Source: an uncultured Gemmataceae bacterium
Lineage (GTDB): Bacteria; Planctomycetota; Planctomycetia; Gemmatales; Gemmataceae
Assembly: GCA_963750165.1 (NCBI GenBank)
Contig: CAVVPN010000003.1
Coordinates: 1,568,001 to 1,632,000, forward strand
Direction of reading: 5' to 3'
Length of the DNA: 64,000 nt
The position numbers and the translations under genes were made by a program. Position 1 is the first letter of the stretch, and each line of letters opens with the position of its first letter. A model generated the notes under the pieces. The model saw nothing but the letters and a program-made list of their open reading frames with translations, did not search any database and had not been told where the DNA came from. Below, piece by piece: positions 32,021 through 42,475 of the stretch.

Positions 32021-34330
32021 ATGAGACCACTGTTTGCCGCCAGCCTGCTATTCGTGTTGCTGGCCGCGCCCCCTGCCGAGGCGCAGAAGAAAAAGGGCAA
32101 GTCCAACACGATGGACTATGGCCCCTTCCTGTCCGCCACCTACCGCCTGCAGTGGCCGCAGAAAAACCTCGCCCTGCGCGGCGTCGCGGTGCCGTTCGCG
32201 GATGGTGGCGTCATCTTCGACACCGAGCTGCTGCGCTACGCCGGCGCCTGGACCGGCGGCTTCATCAAGATGGAAGGCGTCGTCTTCAACGGCGCTCACG
32301 GCACCAACCCCAGCCCGGCCGGCACGCAAGTCCTCGGCACCAAGCCGACGCCCGGCTGGGCGAAGGGCGGCGATTGGAAGGACCCGCGGCCGATCCCGCA
32401 CGGCCCGCTGCCGCGCAACTGGGCGCGCTTCAAGGGCATGTATCGCACGGACGACGGCGTCATCTTCAGCTATACCGTCGGCGACTGCCAGGTGCTCGAC
32501 ATGCCCACCCACGAAACTCACGGCGCCGTGAAGTTGTTCTGCCGCACCTTGAACCTGAAGGCTTCGGCCCAAGCGCTCACGATGGTCGTCGCCGACGTGG
32601 ACGGGGCCAAGGACAGTATCGGGGGTGGTGACCGCATCGTCCTCGTCGGCCCGAAAGGCTTGACCGGTGCCCGTGTCGTGGGCGGACCAAAGGGCACCAA
32701 ACTGGAATCGGTAGACAAGGGCACTCGTATCGTCCTCCGGTTGCCTGCGCTTAAGGAAGATGCCCGCATCAAGGTGTACACGTACCCCATTACCGGGACT
32801 GGCGACGATCTTGCTGCCGTCATCGAGAAACTTCCCGGCCCGGCCAACCTGGCGCCGCTGACCCGCGGCGGCAAGGCGCGCTGGACCGAATCCGTCGTCA
32901 CCAAGGGCAAGCGCAGCGACGACAGCAAGGGCGCTTACGTCATCGACGACATCACGGTGCCGTTCAACAACCCGTACAAGTCGTGGATGCGCGTCGGCGG
33001 CTTCGACTTCTTCAGCGACGGCCGCGCCGCGGTCTGCACCTGGAGCGGCGACGTCTGGATCGTCTCCGGCATCGACGACAAGCTCGACAAGATCACCTGG
33101 AAGCGCTTCGCCACGGGCCTGTTTCAGCCGCTGGGCCTGAAGATCGTCAAGGACCAGGTGTACACGCTGGGCCGCGATGGCGTGACGCGGCTGCACGACC
33201 TGAACGGCGACGGCGAGGCCGATTTCTACGAGTGCTTCAACAACGACTTTTACGTGACGCAGAATTTTCACGAGTTCATTTTTGATCTGCACACGGACCC
33301 GGAGGGCAACTTCTACTTCGTCAAGGGCGGCCCGGTGCGGCCGGGCGGTCGCGGCTGGGACCCGATCACGCCGCACCACGGCAGCATGTTCAAGCTGTAC
33401 AAGGACGGCAGCAGGCTGGAGGTGATCGCTCGCGGCTTCCGGGCGCCGAACGGCATGTGCGTCGGCCCGAACGGCGAACTGACCTGCGGCGACAACGAGG
33501 GCACCTGGACGCCGATGTGCCCGATCAACTGGGTGCGGCCCGGCGGCTTCTACGGCGTGCCCGATTTCAGCGACCGCAAGCCGAAGCCGACCGTCCGCGA
33601 CAACCCGCTGTGCTGGCTGCCCAAGGAGGTCGATAACTCCAACGGCGGTCAGGTGTGGATCACCGGCAAACGCTTCGGCCCGCTGTCCGGCCAGTTGCTG
33701 CACACGTCCTACGGCACCTCGACGCTGTTCCTGGTGCTGAAGGAGGAGGTCCGCGGCCAGATGCAGGGCGGCGTGGTGCCGCTGCTGAAGTTCGACAGCG
33801 GCGTCTGCCGGGTGCGCTTCTACGAGGATAAAAACGCCTTGTTCCTGACGGGCATCCGCGGCTGGCAGACCAACGCCGCCCGGGACGCTGGCTTCTACCG
33901 CGTCCGCTACACCGGCAAGAAGGCGAACCTCCCGGTCGGCCTGAACGTGCGGCCGGACGGCATCAAGATCACCTTCAGCGACCCGCTCGACCGCAAGGCG
34001 GCGACCGACGTGGACAATTACAACGTGCAGCAGTGGAATTACCGCTGGCTGGAGAATTACGGTTCGCCGCACTTCAAGGTGTCCGATCCGAAGAAGCAGG
34101 GCCACGACGACGTGGAGGTCGAGTCGGCGGCGCTGTCGCCGGATGGCAAGACGGTGACGTTGAAGATCGACAAGCTGCGGCCGGTGATGCAGATGAAGAT
34201 CGCGTACACACTGAAGATGGCGGACGGCACGGCGGTGCGCAGTGCCATCCACCACACGATCAACGCGGTCGGCAACCTGCGCGGCGAACTGCACCCTGGT
34301 GAGTTGCGCATGATTCGCGTCAAGGAGTGA
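32021..34330 (+). CDS. Secreted DUF6797-type / sugar-dehydrogenase-like beta-propeller protein
   Basis: Signal peptide, MDYGPFL, FATGLFQPLGL, LHDLNGDGEADFYE and GFRAPNG. Confidence 0.65.
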   Translation: MRPLFAASLLFVLLAAPPAEAQKKKGKSNTMDYGPFLSATYRLQWPQKNLALRGVAVPFADGGVIFDTELLRYAGAWTGGFIKMEGVVFNGAHGTNPSPAGTQVLGTKPTPGWAKGGDWKDPRPIPHGPLPRNWARFKGMYRTDDGVIFSYTVGDCQVLDMPTHETHGAVKLFCRTLNLKASAQALTMVVADVDGAKDSIGGGDRIVLVGPKGLTGARVVGGPKGTKLESVDKGTRIVLRLPALKEDARIKVYTYPITGTGDDLAAVIEKLPGPANLAPLTRGGKARWTESVVTKGKRSDDSKGAYVIDDITVPFNNPYKSWMRVGGFDFFSDGRAAVCTWSGDVWIVSGIDDKLDKITWKRFATGLFQPLGLKIVKDQVYTLGRDGVTRLHDLNGDGEADFYECFNNDFYVTQNFHEFIFDLHTDPEGNFYFVKGGPVRPGGRGWDPITPHHGSMFKLYKDGSRLEVIARGFRAPNGMCVGPNGELTCGDNEGTWTPMCPINWVRPGGFYGVPDFSDRKPKPTVRDNPLCWLPKEVDNSNGGQVWITGKRFGPLSGQLLHTSYGTSTLFLVLKEEVRGQMQGGVVPLLKFDSGVCRVRFYEDKNALFLTGIRGWQTNAARDAGFYRVRYTGKKANLPVGLNVRPDGIKITFSDPLDRKAATDVDNYNVQQWNYRWLENYGSPHFKVSDPKKQGHDDVEVESAALSPDGKTVTLKIDKLRPVMQMKIAYTLKMADGTAVRSAIHHTINAVGNLRGELHPGELRMIRVKE

Positions 34331-34341
34331 TCGAAATCCAT

Positions 34342-34409
34342 GGCGAGCGGCGCGGCGTCAGCCCGCCGGTGTTTCGCAGCACCGGCGGGCTGACGCCGCG
34401 CCGCTCGCC
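34342..34409. repeat. 30-bp hairpin between convergent genes (REP-like)
   Basis: GGCGAGCGGCGCGGCGTCAGCCCGCCGGTG...CACCGGCGGGCTGACGCCGCGCCGCTCGCC. Confidence 0.9.
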
Positions 34410-34416
34410 GGCTGAA

Positions 34417-36164
34417 TTAGTCCTTGAACAACCCCGCCGGCGTCTTCACCCCACCAATCCCTTTGGGCATCTCCACGCCCAGCGCCCGCGCAGGATCGGC
34501 GCCACCTGCAGTGGCGTCACCCGTTCCTGCCGCACCCCCGGCGCCACTCCCGACCCGTACACCAGCAGCGGCACGTGTGTGTCGTACCAGTACGGCGTGC
34601 CGTGCGTCGTCGTGTACGCCTGGCTCCGTTTCGACGTGAGCGGGTCCATGAACAGCGTGTACGGTTCCTGCAGCACATACACGTCGCCGCTCCGCTCCCG
34701 GTGGAAGGACATCAGCACCTTCAATAAAACCGCGTCATCCTGCACGAACTTGCCCGACAGCTGCGAACGCGTGTACGCCGCCTGCACGCCCGGCTGCTTG
34801 ACCAGCCAGTCGGCCAGGGCCTTTTCGACCGCGGCGGATTTCAGGCCCTGTTCTTTCAACAGGGCCTGATTGAGATACAGCCACGGCGGCTGCGGCTCCT
34901 TGCTCTCGAACCACGGCTGCGGCTTGCCGTTGCCCAGGTAGTCGTCCAGGAACGCCGCCGCGGCCTTCACCAACGTCTTCGGCGCCACCCGCAGCGCCTT
35001 CTTGCCCGCGGCGCTTGTCAACTCTGGCGACGGGCAGACGCCGTGGTCGGCGCACAGCACCACCACGTACTTGCCGCGGCCCACCTTCGCGTCCAGCGTG
35101 TCCAGCAAATCCTTGACGATCAGGTCCGAGCGCAGCGTCGTGTCAAGCACTTCCTGCGAATCCGGGCCCCAGCAATGGCCGACCAGATCGTTGCTGGAAA
35201 AACTCAGGCACAGCAGGTCCGGCGCGTCACGCTGGCCGAGCTTTTCGGCGTCGATGGCTCGCTTCGCCAGGGCCAGCAACAGCTCGTTGCCCATCGGCGA
35301 GTTGGTCATTGCCTCGTAGTACAACCGGCCCGGCTGCTTCAGGCCGGCGTCCAGCGGGTGCGGGAACGTGCGGCCCTGCTTGAAGCCGATGCCCTCGCTA
35401 GGCACGTCGTCGGGGCCGCTGTGCTTGACGTAATCGAGGCTCGGCCGCAGCCGCTGCCACGGCTTGCCGAACCACTGGTCCTGATGCTTTTCCTTGTTGA
35501 ATTGATCCACCCACTTGTGCGGCGCGTCGGCGTAAAACGTCGAGGTGACAAACGCCCCGACGGTCGTGCTGAACCAGTAGCAGCAGGAACAGACGCCGCG
35601 CTGCAGCGCCGCCAGCAGCACGGCGGCACGGTCCTTGAGCGACAGCGACACCACCTTGCCCTTGCCGTTGGTGCCCTTGTGCAGCGCGTCGCCGACGGTC
35701 GGCCGCAGCAGACGGGTCGGGGCGGCGCCGAGGATTTTGTCGGCGTCCTTGCCGGTGGGCGCCGGCACGGGGCGGAACTGCTTGACTTGGACGGCGGCGA
35801 TCAACGCGCCGCTACCGCGGTCGTACCAGCCGTTTTCGATGATGCCGTGCGTCCGCGGCAGGCAGCCGGTGGACATGGACGCATGGCCGGCGGCGGTCAC
35901 GGTGCCGGCGTAGGGGTAATGGCAGTTCTGATACCACGCCCCCTCGTCCAGGAGCCGGCGGAAGCCGCCCTTGACGAACAGCGGCCGCCAGCGCTCCAGG
36001 TAGTCGGCCCGCAGCTGGTCGAAGACAACGAGCACGACCAGTTTCGGCGGCTCCTGCTGGGCGGGCGGCGGCGCGTCCGTCTCGTCGGCGAGCGCGGCCA
36101 GCACGGCCACGAGGACGCCGAGCAGGGCCGCGGGAGCCCACGTCCAGGTGCGATGCGATTTCAT
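34417..36164 (-). CDS. Alkaline phosphatase superfamily enzyme, PafA-like (frameshift near 34490)
   Basis: VVFDQLRADY, TVTAAGHAS, SLSLKDRAA, DLVGHCWGPDSQE, ADHG and HGTPYWYDTHVPL. The repaired C-terminus ends at TAA 34417. Confidence 0.9.
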
Positions 36165-36314
36165 GCGGCGGATACTCCGGGGGATGGCGGACTCGGGTGG
36201 GTGATACGGGATCGAGCGGGTTTTCCTTCAGCGTACTCACGCTAACTGGGGACGGCAATCCGTCGGGCAACGCGCCCCTACCATATCCCCGCTGGCCGAT
36301 GGGAGGAAAGTCAA

Positions 36315-36461
36315 ATGACCGACGAGCAACCCCGCCGTTACGAGGCGGCGCTGCGCCGCCGCGGTGAGCAGCCCGCGGCGGCGCTGGAGTTGTTGCGCTT
36401 CCTCACCGGCGCCGCCGCGGCCCAACGCTTCCGGCGCTGCGGCTTCACTGCTTCTCGATGA
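36315..36461 (+). pseudogene. 48-aa ORF resembling the C-terminal helices of ModA-type substrate-binding proteins
   Basis: GGAGG RBS; ...YEAALRRRGEQPAAALELLRFLTGAAAAQRFRRCGF. Confidence 0.3.
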
Positions 36462-38097
36462 CGCGGATTTGCTTCGGGTCGCTGACGACCAGCCGCGGCC
36501 GGTTTTCCTCCACGGTGATGGTGCCCGTCACGCGGATGGTCTTGTTGAGGAAGTGGCCCGCCGGGTCGGCAATGCCGGCCTCCTTGAACTTCGCCGCGCC
36601 GGCCACGTTGATGACGACACCCAGGTTCTTTTCGTCGCGGAAGTCCTTTTCGGAGTCGAGGTAGATTTCCTTGCGTTTCTCCAGGCGATCCTTGCTCGCC
36701 TGGACAGTCATTGCGACGGTGACGTGCTCGTTAACCCGCTTGATCGCCTCCACCGGCGTTAGCGGTTTGCCGGCCGCCTGCGGCGCCGACAGCACGCGAA
36801 TTTGCGTTGAGAGCGGATGGCGCACGCCGTCGATGGCGAACTCCAGTTCCGCGTAGAAGGCGGTGTAGCCGGTCTGCGGCAGCGCCACCGTGCCGACAAC
36901 GCGGCCTTCCTTCACCGGCAGTTCCTGCTCCTTCCAGGTCGATTGGCGGAAGTCGCGCGTCGGCGCCTGCGCCACCCAGAGCCGAACCGCCAGCGGTTTC
37001 GTGTCGCTGGTCACGCTCAGCCGCGCCTGGCCGTTCTGGTCGTCGTGCTTCCATTGCAGCTTCGGCATCGGGTTGTCCTTCAGGACGTGCTTGTAGAACG
37101 CGACCAGCGTGTTGAGAGCGCGGTCGGCGTTGGCCTTGCCGTCTGCCGATTTCTGCTGCAAATTGTGGCCGGCGTTGGGCACGTACAGCACCCATTTGTC
37201 CTGCTTCAGGTCGCCCCAGTACAGGTTGAGCGAATCGACGGTCCAGTACGGGTCATTGGCGCCATTGATAATCATGGTTGGCACCTTGATCTTGTCGCGG
37301 TAGTTCCACGGGTCCACCCAGCCCCATAAGCGTTTCGCGTCCGCAGTGTCCGGCAGCGGCACCAGGCCGCGCCTGGTGTAGTCGCCGATCATGGCGCTGT
37401 ATTTGCCGTAGGACTTCAGCTGGTGCGCCAGCTGGGCGGGCATGTTCAGCGTGTCGATGACCAGCGGCGCGATGGCCACGACGCGCGCATCCGCGGCGGC
37501 GGTCAACCAGGTCGTCCAGCCGCGCTTCGACGCCCCGGACACGACGAACGCTTCGACGCGCACGCCCCACTCCTGCTGCGAAAACTCCTGCAGCGCGTCC
37601 ATCGCGCGCACCAGGCTCTTGACCATCGGGAACAGCAGCGGCCATGAGGAATCCTTGGTTTCGAGGTAGCGCACGAAGGTTTCCGCGATCAGGGCGTCCT
37701 CCTTTTTGCCGCCGAGCAGCGGTTGGTTGGGGATGCCGAACAGAAACGCGACCGGGGCGCCGCTCTTTTTTGCCAGGCCCATGCCGAAGGCCGTGGTGCC
37801 CGCGTTCGGGACGCCGCCCTGGTTCCACAACAGCATTTTCTTGCCCGGCTTGACCCCTTTGGGCAAATACACCTGCATCTTGTGCTCCCACTTGATGCCC
37901 TGCCAGGTCTGCGACACCATCTGCAGGTCGTAGATGGTGCCGTCGGGTGTCTCGGTTTTCTTCAGCAGTTTCCAGGAGAAACTGTCGTCCTTCTTGTTGA
38001 TGTAGGTGAACAGGTCGGCCCCCGCGGTCGAGGCGCCGATGGCGAGCAGGAGCAGCGCGGCGAGGAGCCAGCACACGGGGCGGCGCAAGAGCAGCAT
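36445..38097 (-). CDS. PqaA-family (PhoPQ-activated) alpha/beta hydrolase with C-terminal OB-fold-like domain
   Basis: SQTWQG, PNQPL, EDALIA, WPLLFPMVKS, GASKRGWTTW and PNAGH. Confidence 0.85.
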   Translation of the reverse strand: MLLLRRPVCWLLAALLLLAIGASTAGADLFTYINKKDDSFSWKLLKKTETPDGTIYDLQMVSQTWQGIKWEHKMQVYLPKGVKPGKKMLLWNQGGVPNAGTTAFGMGLAKKSGAPVAFLFGIPNQPLLGGKKEDALIAETFVRYLETKDSSWPLLFPMVKSLVRAMDALQEFSQQEWGVRVEAFVVSGASKRGWTTWLTAAADARVVAIAPLVIDTLNMPAQLAHQLKSYGKYSAMIGDYTRRGLVPLPDTADAKRLWGWVDPWNYRDKIKVPTMIINGANDPYWTVDSLNLYWGDLKQDKWVLYVPNAGHNLQQKSADGKANADRALNTLVAFYKHVLKDNPMPKLQWKHDDQNGQARLSVTSDTKPLAVRLWVAQAPTRDFRQSTWKEQELPVKEGRVVGTVALPQTGYTAFYAELEFAIDGVRHPLSTQIRVLSAPQAAGKPLTPVEAIKRVNEHVTVAMTVQASKDRLEKRKEIYLDSEKDFRDEKNLGVVINVAGAAKFKEAGIADPAGHFLNKTIRVTGTITVEENRPRLVVSDPKQIRVIEKQ

Positions 38098-38223
38098 GGC
38101 GGAAACCCTCCGGGAATGGTTGACGCAAGCGGGCGCAGGTGACGTGCAGGATAGGCGGCGGCCAGGGGGTTGTCAAACGGGAAAGCGGGTGCCGTTGGCC
38201 CGCCGCCATGCCGGGGCCCTCCG

Positions 38224-39126
38224 TCACTTGCCGGCGTCCGCAGTGAGCCAGCGGACCAGCGTGCGCGTCACCAGTTCGGGCGCGTCGCGGTGGACGAAGT
38301 GTCCCGCCTGCGGCACCGTCACCAGGGTGAACTCCTTCTCGATCCATTTCCAGGTGTCGTTGAGCGCCCCCGGCAGCAGGTACGGATCCTTCAGCCCGTG
38401 AATCATCAGCACCGGGCACTTGACCGGCGGATAGGTCTTCTCATCCTTGTACGGCGGCCGCGGATAGTTGGCCTTGTAGTAGTTGAGCATGCCCTCCAGC
38501 GATGACCGCTTGAACGCCTCGATGTATTCCTTTTTCGCCTCGGGCTCCTTGACCCAGAAGGCCAGGGCGGTGGGCGTCAGGAGAACTTTCAGGTCTTTAA
38601 CATCCTTATTCTGGAAATTGCGGGCGTATTCGCTGGCCTTCTGCTGGGCGGGGTTGTTGGCCAGCTCGCGCTGCATGCCCCTGGGGTGCGGCAGGTTCAA
38701 CAGCACCAGGCGCTCGGTCTTGTCGGGGTGCGTCATGGCGAACGCCCACGCCACCAGGCCGCCCCAGTCGTGGCCGACGATCACCGCCCGGTCGCGCTTG
38801 AAGTGCCGCAGCACCGCGTCCACGTCCGCCACGAGTTTTTCGACGGTGTAGTTCTTGACGCCTTTGGGTTGGTCGCTCTTGTTGTAGCCGCGCTGGTCGA
38901 TGGCCACAACCTGGAAGTGCTTGGCCAGAGCCGGCATCTGGTCGCGCCAGGAGTACCAGAAATCGGGGAAGCCGTGGATCAGCACGACCAGCGACCCCTT
39001 GCCCTGTGTGACATAATGAATTTTGACGCCACCCGAGTCGGCGTAACCCTCGGTGCGTTTTTCCTGCGCCGACGCCGGCACCGCGGCGCCGAGCAGGAGC
39101 AGGGTGAGTGTGAGATGAGTGCGCAT
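38224..39126 (-). CDS. Secreted alpha/beta hydrolase, epoxide-hydrolase-like
   Basis: [25 protein letters not shown] and AGHFVH. Confidence 0.9.
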   Translation of the reverse strand: MRTHLTLTLLLLGAAVPASAQEKRTEGYADSGGVKIHYVTQGKGSLVVLIHGFPDFWYSWRDQMPALAKHFQVVAIDQRGYNKSDQPKGVKNYTVEKLVADVDAVLRHFKRDRAVIVGHDWGGLVAWAFAMTHPDKTERLVLLNLPHPRGMQRELANNPAQQKASEYARNFQNKDVKDLKVLLTPTALAFWVKEPEAKKEYIEAFKRSSLEGMLNYYKANYPRPPYKDEKTYPPVKCPVLMIHGLKDPYLLPGALNDTWKWIEKEFTLVTVPQAGHFVHRDAPELVTRTLVRWLTADAGK

Positions 39127-39203
39127 GGAAGCCTCCTGAAGTGCAACAGGCCTTTGGGGAGAACATACGGGCGACGCAAGGCAGATGGTAGAGGCCGACC
39201 TTA

Positions 39204-39261
39204 CCGTGGTGCAGGCGTCGCGCCTGCTTTCGGTTCCGCAGGCGCGACGCCTGCACCACGG
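39204..39261. repeat. REP-like inverted repeat
   Basis: CCGTGGTGCAGGCGTCGCGCCTGC...GCAGGCGCGACGCCTGCACCACGG. Confidence 0.9.
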
Positions 39262-39517
39262 CTGGCCCAGACGCCGAGCTATTTTTCTGTTCCCCTCGGC
39301 CGGTGAACAGGCGAAAATGGACTCATGAAGTCAAACAGACCCCGGTGATTCGGGTTATGCCCGATGCATCGGGTCAGGCGCCGAAAAGCTTCGTTGGCAG
39401 CTACCTGCGGGGCGGGGGGATTTCCGGGGCAATGGTAAGATAAAATGATGGTGAAGCGCAAACAGCGCGGGACGATGTTGTTCCCGCGATCAACTGGTCG
39501 CCCGGGGAGACATTGAC

Positions 39518-40288
39518 ATGGCATCTCGACTTGCTTCCAGCTCTGGAGTGGCGTTGCTGGCGGGCGCCCTGGTGTTCCTTACCCCGCTGCCGAGTCCGGC
39601 GCAGCACGGCGGTGGTCATGGCGGCGGCCACGGCGGCGGCATGGCGCACGGCGGCATGGCGCACGGCGGCATGGCGCACGGCGGCATGATGCACGGCGGC
39701 ATGGTGCACCCCGGGATCTACCGGGGTGGCTACGGCTACGGCGGCTACGGCCTGGGCTACGGCGGCCTCTACGGGTTGGGTTATGGCTACGGCCTGGGGG
39801 GCTACGGTTACGGCCTGGGGGGCTACGGTTACGGCCTGGGAGGCTACGGTGGCTACGGCGGTTATGGTGGCTACGGTTACGGCGGCCTCGGTTATGGCGG
39901 CTACGGCGGCTATGGCTATCCTACGGGGGGCTACGGCTACGCTCCGAGCTACGGTCTCGGCTACACCACCCCGGGCTACGGTTACGCTCCGGCGACGGTG
40001 CCGGCCCAGCCCAACGTCCCGCCCAACGGCCAGGCAGCCCTGAATGGCGGCGCCGGCATCCAGGTGATCGTGCCGGGGAACGCGGAACTCTGGTTCGACG
40101 GCAACCCGACCACGCAGCGTGGCCCGGTGCGGGAGTTCCAGACACCGCCATTGGACCCCAACCAGACCTTCACCTACAAGGTGCGCGTCCGCTATAACCA
40201 AGACGGCAACGTGGTGGATCAGGAGCGCACGGTGCAGGTGCGCTCCGGTCGGCAAGCTTTCATGGACTTCACGGTGCCGCAGAAGTGA
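39518..40288 (+). CDS. TIGR03000-type planctomycete protein with Gly/His/Met and Gly/Tyr low-complexity regions
   Basis: Signal peptide, (GGMAH)n, (GYG)n, then VPGNAELWFDG...REFQTPPL...FTYKVRVR. Confidence 0.85.
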   Translation: MASRLASSSGVALLAGALVFLTPLPSPAQHGGGHGGGHGGGMAHGGMAHGGMAHGGMMHGGMVHPGIYRGGYGYGGYGLGYGGLYGLGYGYGLGGYGYGLGGYGYGLGGYGGYGGYGGYGYGGLGYGGYGGYGYPTGGYGYAPSYGLGYTTPGYGYAPATVPAQPNVPPNGQAALNGGAGIQVIVPGNAELWFDGNPTTQRGPVREFQTPPLDPNQTFTYKVRVRYNQDGNVVDQERTVQVRSGRQAFMDFTVPQK

Positions 40289-40328
40289 ATCGCAGTTGAG
40301 ATCGCGCAGCGCGGCTGACTCGACAAAC

Positions 40329-40366
40329 TGCCCCGGAACGCCACAGCGGCCCGGGGCATTGGTTTT
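40329..40366 (+). terminator. Putative intrinsic terminator
   Basis: TGCCCCGG...CCGGGGCA followed by TTGGTTTT. Confidence 0.55.
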
Positions 40367-40437
40367 CCCAGCGCCCCGCTCGCCTACGACCAGGAAGCCC
40401 CCTACCTCATCACCGTCGCCCCGACGCGCTCCTGATC

Positions 40438-40740
40438 GTGCCGCCCGACAAGTTGCAGAGCCACAAGGCGCTGCTGAAGCTGTGGGTCGGCACGCTGCTC
40501 AAGGCGATCACGCTGGAAGACTTGCTCGGCTTGTTGCGGCCACACCACCCCAGCCTGTTCGCCCTGCGGCGGGGCCTGCTGTTTCTGTCGCGTTTTGCCG
40601 TGGACACCCGTTATCCCGGTTTCCACGCCCGCCGCAGCCAGGCCGACGCCTCGCGGCGCGGGGCAGGCCAAGTCCGAAGCGCTGCCCGCACCATCCTGGG
40701 TTTGCGTCCACCTCGTCCGAAGCGGAAAAAGCCGCCCTGA
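40438..40740 (+). pseudogene. C-terminal remnant of a HEPN-domain protein
   Basis: LEDLLGLL...LSRFAVDTRYPG matches the C-terminal half of HEPN proteins; the N-terminal half is absent. Confidence 0.5.
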
Positions 40741-40793
40741 TGCGGTGTCCAGGTGAGGGTGTCCGGTTCGTAGTACCGCGTGTCAACGCACTG

Positions 40794-41086
40794 TCAACCG
40801 TTGCGCGGTGGCACGATGTTATAGCCCAGCGCCAGGATCAGTTTGAGCGTCTCCAGCGCCGCGTCGCGGTCGTATTCCTTCTTGTCCTCCGGCAGCTGGT
40901 CGTACGCCACCAGGTCCGGATGCCGCTTGGCGGCGGCGTCCGTCGTCGGGCCATACGTCCAGCCGTCGGCGAGCTTCGCCGCGCCGAGACATCGTGCGTG
41001 TTCTCGGCCAGGCGCTCCGTCAGGTCGCGCAGGGCTTCCGGCAACTGCACCGCGGACGTGTCCACGGGTTTCGGTTCGTAACGCAT
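40794..41086 (-). pseudogene. Stand-alone RyR (ryanodine receptor repeat) domain protein, frameshifted near 40985
   Basis: YEPKPVDTSAVQLP...ERLAENTHDV / DGWTYGP...KRHPDLVAYDQLPEDKKEYDR...LKLILALGY. The usual Trp after H-D-V reads TCG, next to the indel. Confidence 0.85.
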
Positions 41087-41192
41087 CGTTCCCTCCCTCG
41101 TTGAAATGCCACGGGCGATATTCTTGCCTCACGCCGCCGGTCCGAACAGGGCGTCGGCGTCGAACTCCGGCCCGACTCACCTCCAGTCGCCA

Positions 41193-42090
41193 TCAGGCGT
41201 CCAGGATGCGGCGGGCCTGCTTGCCCATGCTGTCGCGATGGAACGGCTGCACGTTCGCCTCGGCCGCCGTCGCCGGGTGCCAGATGTTGTCGTCCGGCAA
41301 CGCCACCGGCCGCCGGGCTAACAGCTCGTCCGCGGCCGCCCCCCCTTCTGCAAATACACATCGCAACGGACGTCCTGCCGCCGCTGCCACCCCAGCGCCG
41401 CCAGCAGCAACAGCAGCGTCGCCTTGTTGATGCCCGGATAGTGGCCGTTGCGCAGGCCATAACCCAGGTCGTACTGCCGCAGCGCTTCCAGGTAGTGCTG
41501 CTCCGCACGGTCGAGATCCTCGTCCTGCCAGGAGATAGCCGATGCGTTCGTAGAGCTGGGCGAAGACATCGGTCACGGATGCTGGCGACGGGGTGCCGTG
41601 ACAGACGGCGCCGAGGAAGGCGTGTTCGAGGTGGACGGCAGGGATGCCGCCCAAAAACTGCTGGGCGTCGCCGTAGACCAGGCCGATCAGGCTGCCGTCG
41701 CCGGCGTGCCGCGGTTCGAGCGTCATGAACACGGGATCGTGGCGGAGGCCGTGTGGCTTGCAGGTGTGCCAGGCGGGTCACCTCGGCGGCGAGGCGGTCG
41801 GGGCCGGCGAGCTTGACGACGTGACGGCCAGGCTGGTCGGTGCCGTCCACCTCGACGAGGAGGATGAACTCGCGGTCGCGGCGGCGGTAGCCGAGGTACT
41901 GGTCCTGCACGGCGACAGCGCGGGCGCCGGGGAAGAGGCGTTCCAGGCGGCGGGTGAGGTCGGTCATGGTGTCGTCCTGGGCGTTGGGCTGGTGGCGGCC
42001 GATGGCCGCGGCGAGGGCCTGGCGCAGACGGCGCTGGGCGGTGACGGTCCAGAACACGAGCGGCGGTTGCTCGGGCGGGGGCGGTCGCAT
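41193..42090 (-). pseudogene. Internally deleted paralog of the kinase-like + TPR-S gene at 47831-50092
   Basis: Colinear motifs HVVKLA, AWHTC, LVYGDAQQFLGG and PSPASV; a jump near 41530 to HYPGINKATL and DNIWHPATAAEA; several frameshifts. Confidence 0.78.
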
Positions 42091-42246
42091 GGGGGCGACT
42101 CCTGCGCTGGGGGCCGGGCGGCCCGGTCAGAGGATGGGGCAAAGCACGCCGATTACATGATATGGAATAAAAGGAATTTATTCAATGATAAATTCACAAA
42201 TACATTGATAAGACCCGCGCTGATTTAGAGCGGTTCGCATCAAACG

Positions 42247-42446
42247 GTAGCGGTTTCTTCGCCCCGAAGGGGCGGGACAACATAGCCCAGGGCATCGCCC
42301 TGGGGGCTCCGATTCGACCCTCTCCCTTTTTTCTTCCGTGCCCTGAAGGGGCACGGAAGAGAGGAGAGTGTCAGTCTTCTCCATGGTTCCCAGGGCGATG
42401 CCCTGGGCCAAGTTGTCTCGCCCCTTCGGGGCGAAGAAACCGCTAC
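42247..42446. mobile_element. 200-bp MITE/REP-like element with long imperfect terminal inverted repeats
   Basis: GTAGCGGTTTCTTCGCCCCGAAGGGGCG...GCCCAGGGCATCGCCCTGGG is mirrored at the other end; internal GCCCTGAAGGGGC hairpin. Confidence 0.7.
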
Positions 42447-42475
42447 ACCCAACCGCAACATGCGCCAGGAGTCGC

